Of a stretch of DNA of 64,000 bases, positions 21,186-32,300 are shown in pieces. The first letter of the stretch is position 1, and the number at the start of each line of letters is the position of its first letter. The stretch lies in the NCBI GenBank assembly GCA_015233115.1, contig JADFYJ010000015.1:450-64449 (forward strand), in the 5' to 3' direction. This DNA is from Candidatus Omnitrophota bacterium. GTDB taxonomy: Bacteria; Omnitrophota; Gorgyraeia; Zapsychrales; Zapsychraceae. The translations under genes and the position numbers were made by a program. The notes below the pieces were generated by a model that saw nothing but the letters and a program-made list of their open reading frames with translations, did not search any database and was not told the DNA's origin.

Positions 21186-21226
21186 AATCGCTTTTTCCAA
21201 AAACCAAAAACCATCAACCAAAAACC
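21186..21226. repeat. Single right arm of GGTT-type element upstream of SurA-like gene
   Basis: aatcgctttttcc aaaaacc aaaaacc atcaacc aaaaacc; almost identical to 10103-10143. Confidence 0.82.
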
Positions 21227-21244
21227 TAAATACACGGAGTTGCC

Positions 21245-22714
21245 ATGCTCAAAATTTTACGTCACAAAGGTGTTGCGAAAAAAGTTCTTTGGTTCATTAC
21301 TGTCATCATTATTCTTTCTTTTGGTTTTTTTGGTTCCGCGTTAATTCTTCGAGACAGGAATGAATCTTTAGCCGGAAAAATCTTTCGAAAAAAAATTGAT
21401 ATCACGGAATTCAAGAAGGCGCATAGTGAAGTTCAACTTCAATATAAATTGCAGTACGGAGAAAATTTTGAAAAAGTCCGTAACATGATTAACCTCGAAC
21501 AAGAAACCTGGAACCGTTTGATCCTGTTGCATGAAGCCAAAAAATCTAAAGTGTCTGATCAAGAAGTGATTGCCTATGTTGAAAAACTTCCTTTCTTCCA
21601 AAGAGACGGAAAATTTGACACTCAACTTTACGACATCATCCTTAGCCGCGTTCTGAGTGTTACACCGCGTACATTTGAAGAAACCATCCGCAACAACATT
21701 AAAATTAATAAATTCGTGGACACTCACATCCAGGCGGTTAAAGTGACCGATCAGGAAGCTTCCGACGCGTTCCAACGTAAAAACGGCAAAGTTCAGGTTA
21801 GTTATGTTTTGGTTTCTCCTGACCAATTCAAAAAAGAAACAACTGTTTCTGAAGAAACTATCAAACAATATTACGACAAATACAAACTCGAATTTCTTAT
21901 GCCACCGGCCATCAGCGTTGCTTACGTCAGCATGCCCTATAACACCCAGAACCCAGTCAATAATGACGCCATCCGCACTAAAGCTTATGAACTTTACCAA
22001 GACTTACAACGGTCAAAAGACCTGGAAAAATCAGCCGTAAAGTATCAAGCGGCCGTCAATACTTCCCCATATTTCTCTATGGAAAACGCGGATTTATCTT
22101 TAGGCTGGACCTATGAATTGCTTCAACAGTTATTTACTCTTAACAAAACAGATGCGGTTGAACCCTTTGAAACGGCCAAAGGAATTCAGATTCTGCAAAT
22201 TAAAGATCGTCGTGACGCTTATATCCCAGAACTAAAAGATATAAAAAACAAAGTTCAAGACGCGGTACTGTTAGATGGTGCAAAAGAAATCGCGGCTAAA
22301 AAAGCAGAAGAATATTTAGCCAAGATTAAAGAACAGCAAAGTTTAACCAAATTAGACGATTTCGGCCGCATCGCGAAATCCCTGGGACTTGAGGTCAGCC
22401 AAACTTCGCTATTTAATAGAGAAGAATATTTACCCAAAATTGGCCTATCCAAAAATTTCCAGGAAGCCGCGTTTAGTTTAAATCAAGATAACAAAATCAG
22501 CCCGGTGACCAAAATTTCTATCGGCTATTGCATTCTTCATTTGGATAACGCTCAGCTGGCAGACCAAAAAGAATTTGAGAAAACCAAAGAGACACTTAAA
22601 AAAGAGCTGTCCCAGGAAAAATATTCTCAGTCCTACAATGAGCTGATTACAGATTTACGATCACAAGCTCAGTTGCAAGATTTGGTGAGCCAGAGGAAGG
22701 ATATGTTACGATAA
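21245..22714 (+). CDS. SurA N-terminal domain / PpiD-like membrane-anchored periplasmic chaperone
   Basis: N-terminal TM (VLWFITVIIILSFGFFG), FQRDGKFD..Y motif, degenerate rotamase segments. Confidence 0.8.
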   Translation: MLKILRHKGVAKKVLWFITVIIILSFGFFGSALILRDRNESLAGKIFRKKIDITEFKKAHSEVQLQYKLQYGENFEKVRNMINLEQETWNRLILLHEAKKSKVSDQEVIAYVEKLPFFQRDGKFDTQLYDIILSRVLSVTPRTFEETIRNNIKINKFVDTHIQAVKVTDQEASDAFQRKNGKVQVSYVLVSPDQFKKETTVSEETIKQYYDKYKLEFLMPPAISVAYVSMPYNTQNPVNNDAIRTKAYELYQDLQRSKDLEKSAVKYQAAVNTSPYFSMENADLSLGWTYELLQQLFTLNKTDAVEPFETAKGIQILQIKDRRDAYIPELKDIKNKVQDAVLLDGAKEIAAKKAEEYLAKIKEQQSLTKLDDFGRIAKSLGLEVSQTSLFNREEYLPKIGLSKNFQEAAFSLNQDNKISPVTKISIGYCILHLDNAQLADQKEFEKTKETLKKELSQEKYSQSYNELITDLRSQAQLQDLVSQRKDMLR

Positions 22715-22716
22715 GG

Positions 22717-22753
22717 TTGACATATACACAAAAACCATGTATATTTTGTGTAT
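22717..22753 (+). promoter_or_regulatory. vapBC promoter with overlapping inverted-repeat operator
   Basis: TTGACA (22717-22722)-17-TATATT (22740-22745); ATACACAAAA (22724-22733)/TTTTGTGTAT (22744-22753). Confidence 0.75.
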
Positions 22754-22767
22754 GAAAGGACAAAGCC

Positions 22768-22968
22768 ATGTCGAGAACTAATGTGGATTTAGATGACGGC
22801 CTTTTACATCATGCTTTAACGCTGACCCATTTACCCACCAAAAAAGCCGTGGTAAATTTAGCTTTGACCGAATTGGTCAAACGCCTCAAACGCCGCGATA
22901 TTATAAAGTTTATGGGTTCAGGCGCTTGGGAAGGAGATTTGCATCATTTAAGAGGAGCCAGAGTTTGA
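22768..22968 (+). CDS. vapB: Type II antitoxin VapB (DUF2191-like)
   Basis: RTNVDLDD.L...TKKAVVN.AL...WEGDL..LR pattern; stop overlaps toxin start. Confidence 0.85.
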   Translation: MSRTNVDLDDGLLHHALTLTHLPTKKAVVNLALTELVKRLKRRDIIKFMGSGAWEGDLHHLRGARV

Positions 22969-23384
22969 TCTTAGTTGATACCTCTGTTTGGATTGATTTT
23001 ATTAATCATACTACTTCCGAATCTGCCCATATTTTACGTCGGCTGATTGAATCCGACGCAGAAATATGCCTGGCAGATATCCATTTAACCGAAATTTTGC
23101 AAGGTATCAAGCCAGAAAAAACTTTCATTGAACTAAAAAAATATCTATTGATGTTCCCGGTCTTGAGACCGCAAGGGATTGAGACCTATGTTTTTGCCGC
23201 CCAAATTTCTCGCCTATGCAGCCAAAAAGGAAACCCCATGGTTAAAACTGTTGATACGCTTATCGCGACTATTGCTATTGAAACAGGGGCAGAATTACTG
23301 CACAAGGATAAAGATTTTGATGTAATCGCGAAGCACTTGCCGCTGAAGATTTTTAAAGTCCCAACAACATCCGCAAATTCGTAA
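22965..23384 (+). CDS. vapC: Type II toxin VapC (PIN domain)
   Basis: ILVDTSVWID, ELLQG-like EILQG, DTLIA, DKDFD; TTG start at 22965 overlapping vapB stop. Confidence 0.9.
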   Translation: MILVDTSVWIDFINHTTSESAHILRRLIESDAEICLADIHLTEILQGIKPEKTFIELKKYLLMFPVLRPQGIETYVFAAQISRLCSQKGNPMVKTVDTLIATIAIETGAELLHKDKDFDVIAKHLPLKIFKVPTTSANS

Positions 23385-26300
23385 CCGGAACTACGTCGAT
23401 AATGACCGGCACAAAGCCGTTAATATTTTTCAATTGTTCGATCATAGCAGGATCTGTCTTAATCTCAAATCCCCGACCTTCCTGATCAACGTCCACCTTT
23501 AAATGAGCGGCATTTAAATCGATACCGCCGTCTTTGGGAGCAGGATTCGTTATTTGCGCTTGATCGCCTTTCGCCTTTTCAGAATGAGCAAAGTCTGACA
23601 TACGGAACTTTTCCGCCAGCCCATTTCGGTAGACCTGTAAAAGCTCTTCTATATTTTTTTTCAATTCTCTTTCCAACCGCAAAATTTCTTCCTCATAACT
23701 GAACTGTAATTCCCTAATCATTTCGGTTGCATAGAAAAACTCGTCAACCCATTTGTATATAATGTCTCTTTCCTTTTTTAAATCACCGATTTTTTGTTTA
23801 ATTTTTTTTTCCTTACTTTTAAATTTAGCAATTACAAAATCGTCAGCGAATAAATTTCTATTAGTAAGAACCTCCGCTTTTTCTAAATCAGAAAAGGGCG
23901 AATTTAGAATAGCTTCCACCATTTCCGGATTATTTAATATCAGATCACGGATATTCCCCACACTTGAATGGACAAACCCAATGGCTTGCCTCAATTTATT
24001 TAACGATTCCATGTTTTTACTCGTCCTCGTGAAATGAACAAATTTCTCAAGAAACCTTCTTCCGCCGGGGTCTTCTTTTAAAATTGATATCACATTTTGA
24101 AACACCACCCTATAAACTCCAGTATATTGTGATGGTTCTTCCGTTAATAAATCATCGTACCCCGCGATCAACCATACTCCTTCCCCAACAATTTTATCCT
24201 GCAATTCTTTTGTCACTATTTCTTGGGACACTCCCCTGGTAATAATGGTTTTACGATTTTCCACTAAGGATATAACCTGGCCCAGTTTTCCAAATGGCGA
24301 TAATCCTACGGCGCCTGCAGCGCCTCCTATTAATTTCAAAAATCCCCGGCGGGATTCGGAGTAAGCCTCTGGAATTTCGTTCTCTGTATCTTTTGCCTGA
24401 GACGTCATTTCCTGAATCATTAGAGCGATCAGCCCTTCGCGGCTATTCACTATATTGTTATTGTTCGCCAAGATTTTTCCATCTTGAATCATATGGATGA
24501 TTTCTTCCATGATTTGATCCCGCTGGGAATGCTGCAGGACGGAAGACTTTAAACTGTCAACAGCGACGGCGGTTAAAGAAAACGGCTCTTCAATGCCGCC
24601 AAATATTTTCATTTGAACGGCGTTCCATTTCATTCGCATACGGGTAACCAGATCCGGATTCAATATTTTCTCCCACGCCTGATCAGCTAGTTGCATTAAT
24701 AGCTGATGGGCGGGATTGTCCAGCATGGCCGCATCGTTTCGTCTGTGTGAGAGAGCTTGATCCTTTTGCTCCTTCCCCAAACGTAATATTTCCTTTTCAA
24801 TATCTCTAATTATATCTTCCGCTTGCACTATAAAACTCTCATCCCGCACGCGATCGTTTCCTATATTATGGGTTAATTTTTCATGGAAATCCATCATTTC
24901 ACTTAACCCAACTTCCAATTTTACCTGAATGAGAAACTCGAAAGCAGATCTTAAATGATGAAATACAATACGGCGGTCATGAAAAGACTGGAGTGTCAAA
25001 AAGCTAATTTTATTACAAATTGCATCTAGTGAATCGCGATCAACATGAATTATGTGCTTCATGGTGTGTGCGATATCATCGCGCTGTAACAAATTTGCTT
25101 TCTTAAATTTCTTAGTTATTTCCAGGACTGATTGCATTTGCTTTAAATCATTTTCCAACTGCAAAATTTCCCCACTATAAGCGTTAAGAACATCCTCAGT
25201 AGTTTTTGTTCTATAAAAAAATCTCTCGATCCATTTATAAAAAATTTCTCTTTCCGCATTTAATCCAACGATTTTTTGTTGTATTTTCACAATATTTTTT
25301 TCTAATTCCGGAATAGAATCTTCATTTTCCGGAGACTCAGTTTTAACATCAAACAAATCCAGCAATGTTTGTCTTTTTCCATCATTAGATATCGGCAAAT
25401 TCATGACAGAAGACAAAACCTCAGGCGGCGTATTTTCCATTTCTATGATAAATTGAAGAAGGATATTCCTTATGGGTTCCAATTTACCCAGTAAACCTTC
25501 TAAATATTCTATGGAATAATTTCCCAAAAAACTATTCAGATCATTTGTGGATAAAACGTCTGATATTTCTTCTGTATCCAGAGGTTGATTTGTTAATACC
25601 CTATATACAGCTGTTGGAATCCTCAATCTTACCTCGCCAACTAAAACAGGTTGCATTCCAGGCAGATTGTTCTTCCATAAAAAACTGCTATAACGTTGTT
25701 CCACTTGGGTGACCAGACTGTAAATTTTAAAATATAAATCTTGCTTTTTTTCTTGAGCTTGAAATAGCCCATCTACGACAACAGAAGACGGACCCCCAGC
25801 CATTTTCATAATACCAGTTAATTCTTTAGGCATCATCCGTGTACCAGCCGCTGCCACAGCGACAGTTTTCATAAATTCCCGGCGGGACATTCCCGCTTTT
25901 CCGTCCCGTTGATCTTTCCTGTCTTCTGTAACCATTAAATCAAGTAGACCGATTCCTCCATTCATAAACCCATTTTTCCCTGCCCCAATCTCTCCAGATA
26001 ATTTCATGCACTCGATTTCACGCCTCAATACATCTTTCAGTGGATGATTTTCAACGGCTTGGCGCATCTTTTCAGCGGCCATAGCTTTCATCGGTAAAGG
26101 CTGTTTCATATGATCAAACAACATCTTCAATCTTTTTAACCAGGAAGGATTCAATATTTCAGAAGAAATCTTCTCCGCCAGTTGCATTAATATTTGACGA
26201 TTCAGACTATTTTGTTCCAAAGCATACAATTGAGGATGTTCGGGATTATTCAACATTGCCGCGTCGTGATTTTTTCCGCTAACATTATGTGGCCATTTGT

Positions 26301-29300
26301 CAACGCGCGCCTTATTGAATAATCCTAAAATAAATTCAAGATTTTTAAGTTCTTTTTCCAACTGAAAAATCTTTTCATCGTAATTTAATACCCATTTAGT
26401 ATTAATTTCTGTTACGTAAAAAAATTCGTCTAACCATTTAAATATAATGTCTCTCTCTTTGTTTAACTTTGCAATGTTTTCTCGGGTTTCGCTGATCTTA
26501 CTTTTCAAATCTGTCATTGTTTTGGGCTCTAAAAATCCATTAGCATGACCATAATCTAAAAGGATTTTTTGTTTTTGATCTAGAGTAAAATCCGATAAAT
26601 CACGAAGAGTTGAGAACATAGAAGGGTTATTTTCGAGGACACGAAAAAAATTAGCCAAGATGTGATTGGCGGGTTCCAAATCCCCAACTGCTTTTTTTAA
26701 AAATATTGTTGATATTTCATCAGCATGCGGCCGACGGATAAACATTTCAATCACTTCTTTTGGTGTTAGATCTTTTACTGGACCAGCTAACATTTCCAAT
26801 ACAAGATCGTTCCTTTCAGTAGCACCGTAGATAACATTATACGTTTTGGTTATACCCTCCTGAACCAAGTCCACATGCTCTGTGATTTTGGTAAACAATC
26901 GCAAACGTAACAATTCTTGATCCGGCATGGCTACAGTAACCGGGCGCTCTGCCAACTTCATGGCATCTTTCAAACCCTCAGGCAAAAATCCCACCGACAT
27001 GGCGGCAGCAACGGATATTTTAAAAAATTCCCGCCGCTCTATACCCGACTCCAAATCTTCTTTGATCATAGAATCTATTAACCCGCTTCCACCGGTCAAA
27101 AGCGTTTCATTACCAGTTCCATTCTTTCTCATTTGCTTCATCCGCTCGATTTCCTGAATTAACACGTCTCTTTGAGGATGAATGTGAATTGTCTTGCGCA
27201 GATTAGCTGCCGCAAAAGATTCTATGCTAATGGGTTCTTTCAGATATGCAATCGCCCTGCGCAACCTGCCCATCCACCCAGGATTCAAGATTTGTTTCCA
27301 TTCCTGATCTGCCAGTTGCATTAATATTTCACGGGTGGAATTGTTTTGATCGCCTATGCTCAATTGAGAATTTTCCAGCATCGCCGCGTCTGACTTTTCA
27401 CCGCTTAGTTTCAATAGCCAATTCTCTGCGCGCGATTTGTTGAATGCGCCTAAAACAAATTTGAGTTGTTGTAAATTAAATTCTAATTGCAAGATTTCAT
27501 TGTCATAGCTCAGATACGCTTCCTCCGTCAAATTTAAGTAGAAAAATCCGTCCACCCATTTGTGTACAATCTCTCTTTCCTTCTTTAGCTCAATGATCTT
27601 TTGTTTGGTCTCAGTGATCATTGCTTCTATTTTAGGTATTGTTTTCGGTTGAAAATATTTGGTTTTTGCTGCATGCAAATCCATAAGCATTTGTTTTTTG
27701 TCTGTTTCTGAAAAGCTAGGAAGCTCCAATATGTCCCAAGCTGCCTCAAGGTTTTCGGCCATCGTAGAAATATAATCAGCAACAAGTTGAATTTTAAGAT
27801 TTCCTTCAGAAAGTAAGTGTTTATAGTAAGACAAATCACGCGGAAAATTTACGCGTTCATAATTGTTTGGCAATGTTATACTATCCATTTGCAGATGGGC
27901 AAACTGAGGAATAATGATCCCATCTGGATGAAAAGACGGATTAATATGAAAAACATGAAGTCTCAGCGCATTCATCCTTTCATCCAGCTGATGAACTAAT
28001 TGCCATTTTTTCCACCAAGTACTTGACGGGTATTGTGTATCGCCTTTATCCCCTACAGGAATAGAAATTGTTGCGTTCTCAACCATACTCATGACACTTT
28101 TAATGCCGATTGGCATAATACCCATAGCACTGGCCGTACCGCCGGCTAATTTTAAAAATCCACGACGAGACAATTCTATTAAATCCTGCTTTTTAAAGTC
28201 TTCCTGAACCATAAAATCCAACAAGCCTTTTCCGCCAGTTAATAGACGATTATTTCCTGTACCAATATCACCCATATGAATCATCAGCGCAATTTCCTGA
28301 ATTATCTCATCTTTTTGCGGATGTTCATTTATCGCCTGACGCAGTTGAGCAGCCGCAAAAGACTCCATGGTAATTGGTTCTTTTAAAAAAGCAATCGCCC
28401 TGCGCAGTTTGCCCATCCACCCCGGGTTCAATATTTGTTTCCATTCCTGATCCGCCAGCTGTATTAATATTTGACGGGCAGGATTATTTTGATCTACGGA
28501 AGTCAACTGAGAATTTTGCATCATGGCTAAATCAGGTTGTGAATCGCCGTTGTCAGCCGTCATATCTTTCCCGAATTTAAATTTTAAACTCTCCCAAAAA
28601 CTAATAAAATAAAAGACTTCAGGATCATATAATGACTTCTTAGTGATCATACTTGAAGCGCCGGCTTCAATACCACTTATTATAAACCGTAGATCATTGC
28701 CCCGAAGATCATCGCTGTTTTCCCAAATTTGCACCAAAAATCTTTGTTCGGGAGCTGATAATTGTTCTATTTTTTCCAATAAAGCTGTGGCTTGATATGA
28801 TATTTTGTTATTGAATCCCGAATGTGGATATAACGGAAGCTTCATTGGGGTTCCATCTTTGATTTTTTTTAAAAATTTCAGTATTTCCAGATTTTTCTCC
28901 GGAACCCGCAGGTCTGCAACAATCGTATTGACAAGCATCACGAGTTTCTGATCATTAAGCTCCTGGCCAGACAAAGATTCAATCCGTGACGAAACAGCAT
29001 TCATGACCCAAAACACCGGACCCTTTACATCACCCGGAATTCCCAGCATAAACCGATGTTTGCCTTTAAGATCATAAAATAGTACATAATATTTATAATT
29101 GGCCTCTTCCCGGCTGTTAAGAATTTTTCGTTGAAGGTCTTTATCGTCTTTTATATTTTGAAAAAGCGTCACAACTTCGGGGTCCATGCGGTCCAAGTTG
29201 TTTCTGATCTGGCGATTTCGCATCACATCGTCGATAATCTGGCGGGACTCATCAGAACAACGGAAATACATAAAAGCGGTTTTATTACGGACACCTTCCT

Positions 29301-32300
29301 GAGCATCAACTTTCCTTTGTCCTGAAAGAGTTTGCTGTAAAACAAGCTCAAAGCCCTCATCTTCAAAATAACTGATTGCATCCGCGTCACGAACCATGTC
29401 AATATCTTCTTGTCCCCCCGCTTCATGATTCACAATAACCCGGTAAACCCGGCTGATAAGATTATCAGAGGCTCCGGCTTTTTTTAACAGTCCGACCGCT
29501 ATTTTTGCAGACACCATACTATGTGCTTTTTTATACTGATCGTAATAATGCTCTCCCAATGCTTTTTCATAATCTTTTTTGTTCACTTCAAAATGAGGAA
29601 ACGCGCGGTCTATGTCATGAAGCATTCCGGCTATACGCAAATACGCCGGTGCTTGTCTACCATAACGAAGTTGATAAATCTGCGCTGCGTAGTTGCCAGT
29701 GTTCAACAAATGCGGATCCAAACCTGGCAGGGGTTTGTCTCGATATTCGTTTTGGCGCAAATTTCTGATAATTTTTTGTAAAATTCCCGTTACTTTCTGA
29801 ACATAAATTTCTTCTTTGGAATCATATTCACCAAAAATATTTTCATTAGGTTTAACCCAAAATACAGGATTCAATCCGACTTCTACCAATAAACCAATGT
29901 TAGGGAATTTCTTCTGAACCATAGCGCTGTCCGTTGGTGTATTATTCATTAAATCATCAGAACCTCTATCATTCAAATCCGTTTTCATAGCCGCGTCGGC
30001 TAGAGAAGGCTGATATTTATCCAACGATGCTCCAAACGTAGCTTCACCAGCTTTAGGCGCATGATAAACTCGACCGGAAGGGCCTTGCCAAACAAAATAA
30101 TTTCCATTACTAAGTATTTGACTGGCTTGACGGCCAATTTTAAAAAACACCATTTTATATTTTGAATCTTCCTGTGAATTTGCTAAAAGCGCCGCGTCAT
30201 CATACTTAGCTCTGAGGTTGTTAATTGTTTCCCCGTTTTCACCGATGTGACTTTGCAACGCATGGGTTTCATCTTTTTGATGCAATAGATACAATGTTCT
30301 TAAAAAGAAGGATAAAAACAAATGTTCAGCATAATTTCTGTCATTTTTTTTAAACTTGCCATCGTTGTGAAAAAATACCGGATTTAAATATTTATCCAAA
30401 CTCGCTTCATACAAATCATGCACGTAAGGAGTCAGACTGCGAATATCTACTACGGCAGTTGAAACAGGAAGATCGCTGTGAATCTCAGGTGAAAAACGTT
30501 TGAAGGCTTCCGCAATAATGGAACCCGATTGATGCTCTTTTTGCTGATTCAAAAAATCCGCATACATTTGAAATATCACGTTTCCTTGCATTGCTTCATA
30601 AAAGTATGGATCAAGGCTTTTCAGTATTTCAAAGACGTCGTCCGCAGTCATGCGAGCATAAAATTTATTTTGGTTCACGGCCATGTCATAAAAAGGTTTC
30701 AACAAAACCACAGCAGGCAGAAAATCTTCATAAGTCTCAAGCCTGGGTTCAGGTTCACCCTGCCATTTTCCTGCATTAAATCCTTGATAATAAGTCAGCT
30801 TATTAAACCTCTCACCCTGAAGGCCCATGTCGCGTTCAAGAAGTTTGTATAACTTGATGCGGATTCGGTCATGCATCTTTAAAATTTCATTATCTTCTTC
30901 TTTTCCAAAGGTTAAAGCTGGCGTTTTCATCAAAACATTCATATACCAGCGGACAAAATAATTACGAATTCTTTGTGGCGCATCTACATACACATCGCTA
31001 TAGCGAACACCCCAATGATGGCCTAAATCAACATCCGATAAATCATAATTATCGTAAACTCCCGTATCAAGCAAATCCGCGGCGCCATTCGGGTCACCGT
31101 CGATAAAACCAGTTAAAATCCAGTCTAATAATTGAGAGTCATTTGTAGATATAGCCGTATTCAACAATAAGCGACAAAGTGCTCTTCTCTGTTGCATGTT
31201 CGATTGACGCGCCGGAGATTTGATGAATCCGTAAACTTTACGTTTTTCTTCAATATCACTCTTCGCCCAAATACTCATGACGTATATTTTTAAAAATTCT
31301 TGGGCTTCTTTCTCCGACAGTAAGCTTAAAGATTCCATGATCGTGCGTTCACAGTCCTTATTGCCTGCTTTCCGAGACAAAGCCCTCAACTCTTCCAGTT
31401 TATCTTCTCGATGCAATTCACCCACGAAAGAAATCCATAATTTTAAAATTTTTCCGTTTTTTTCGTTTTGATTAAATATATATTTTTCAACAAAAGAGTT
31501 AATTTTTACTCTTTGTTCTGATGTCAACGCGAACTCTCCTTCTAGTTTAAGCACGCTTAATAAATAATTGCCAATAGTATTGAGTTTTACTTCATTTAAT
31601 CCTGATGATTCCATAATGGTAATTTGTTTCCACACTTCCTCAAAAAATCGCGGATCCCCGACTTCTATAAAATATTTAAACGCCTCAACAAAATGAGGAG
31701 ATTTTTTGTCTAAAAATTTTAAAGCTGAAGGCTGGCCAACCGGACTCTGATAAGCAATCAGAATTGAAAAGATATTCTGTAGCGTTTGCGATTTAGAATC
31801 GTCCTGAAAGTCAATATTAATTAAATGTTTAACCAGCAAGTCAATGAGTTCATCTCTTCGATATTCTCGGCGCAAATCGTATTTATCTGAACCTTCTCTA
31901 TCCTGATGCGTCATAAATTCGTTAAAAAAATATGCCACATCCAAAGGCGTTGTTTTAAATAACTGGATAGCGGTATCAATATAATCGACGGTTAAGCGAG
32001 GATCTGTAGAATATTCTATGTAGATACCTTGGACACCAAACTGAAATAAATTCTGGGCTACACGAAAATTCTTTTCCTCTCTTATCATTTTCAAAAGTCT
32101 CTTCGCTATTTTATCGTTTTTGCAAAGTTCGCTAAAAATACCTGAAATTCTTAAAAGCAGCCTTTCATTATGAAATATCAAATTATCATCCGTATCTGCT
32201 AGACCGCAAATGTATCGAAGATTTTCAAAAAAGAATTCTATCGTTGGCTCATCATCTATTTTCCATAAAGAGTTTCTTTCAACTCCGAGATACTCCATGA

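Noticed and set aside
23566-28533. Diversity-generating retroelement TR/VR pair
   Set aside because: Differences between repeats are not adenine-specific and no reverse transcriptase is present
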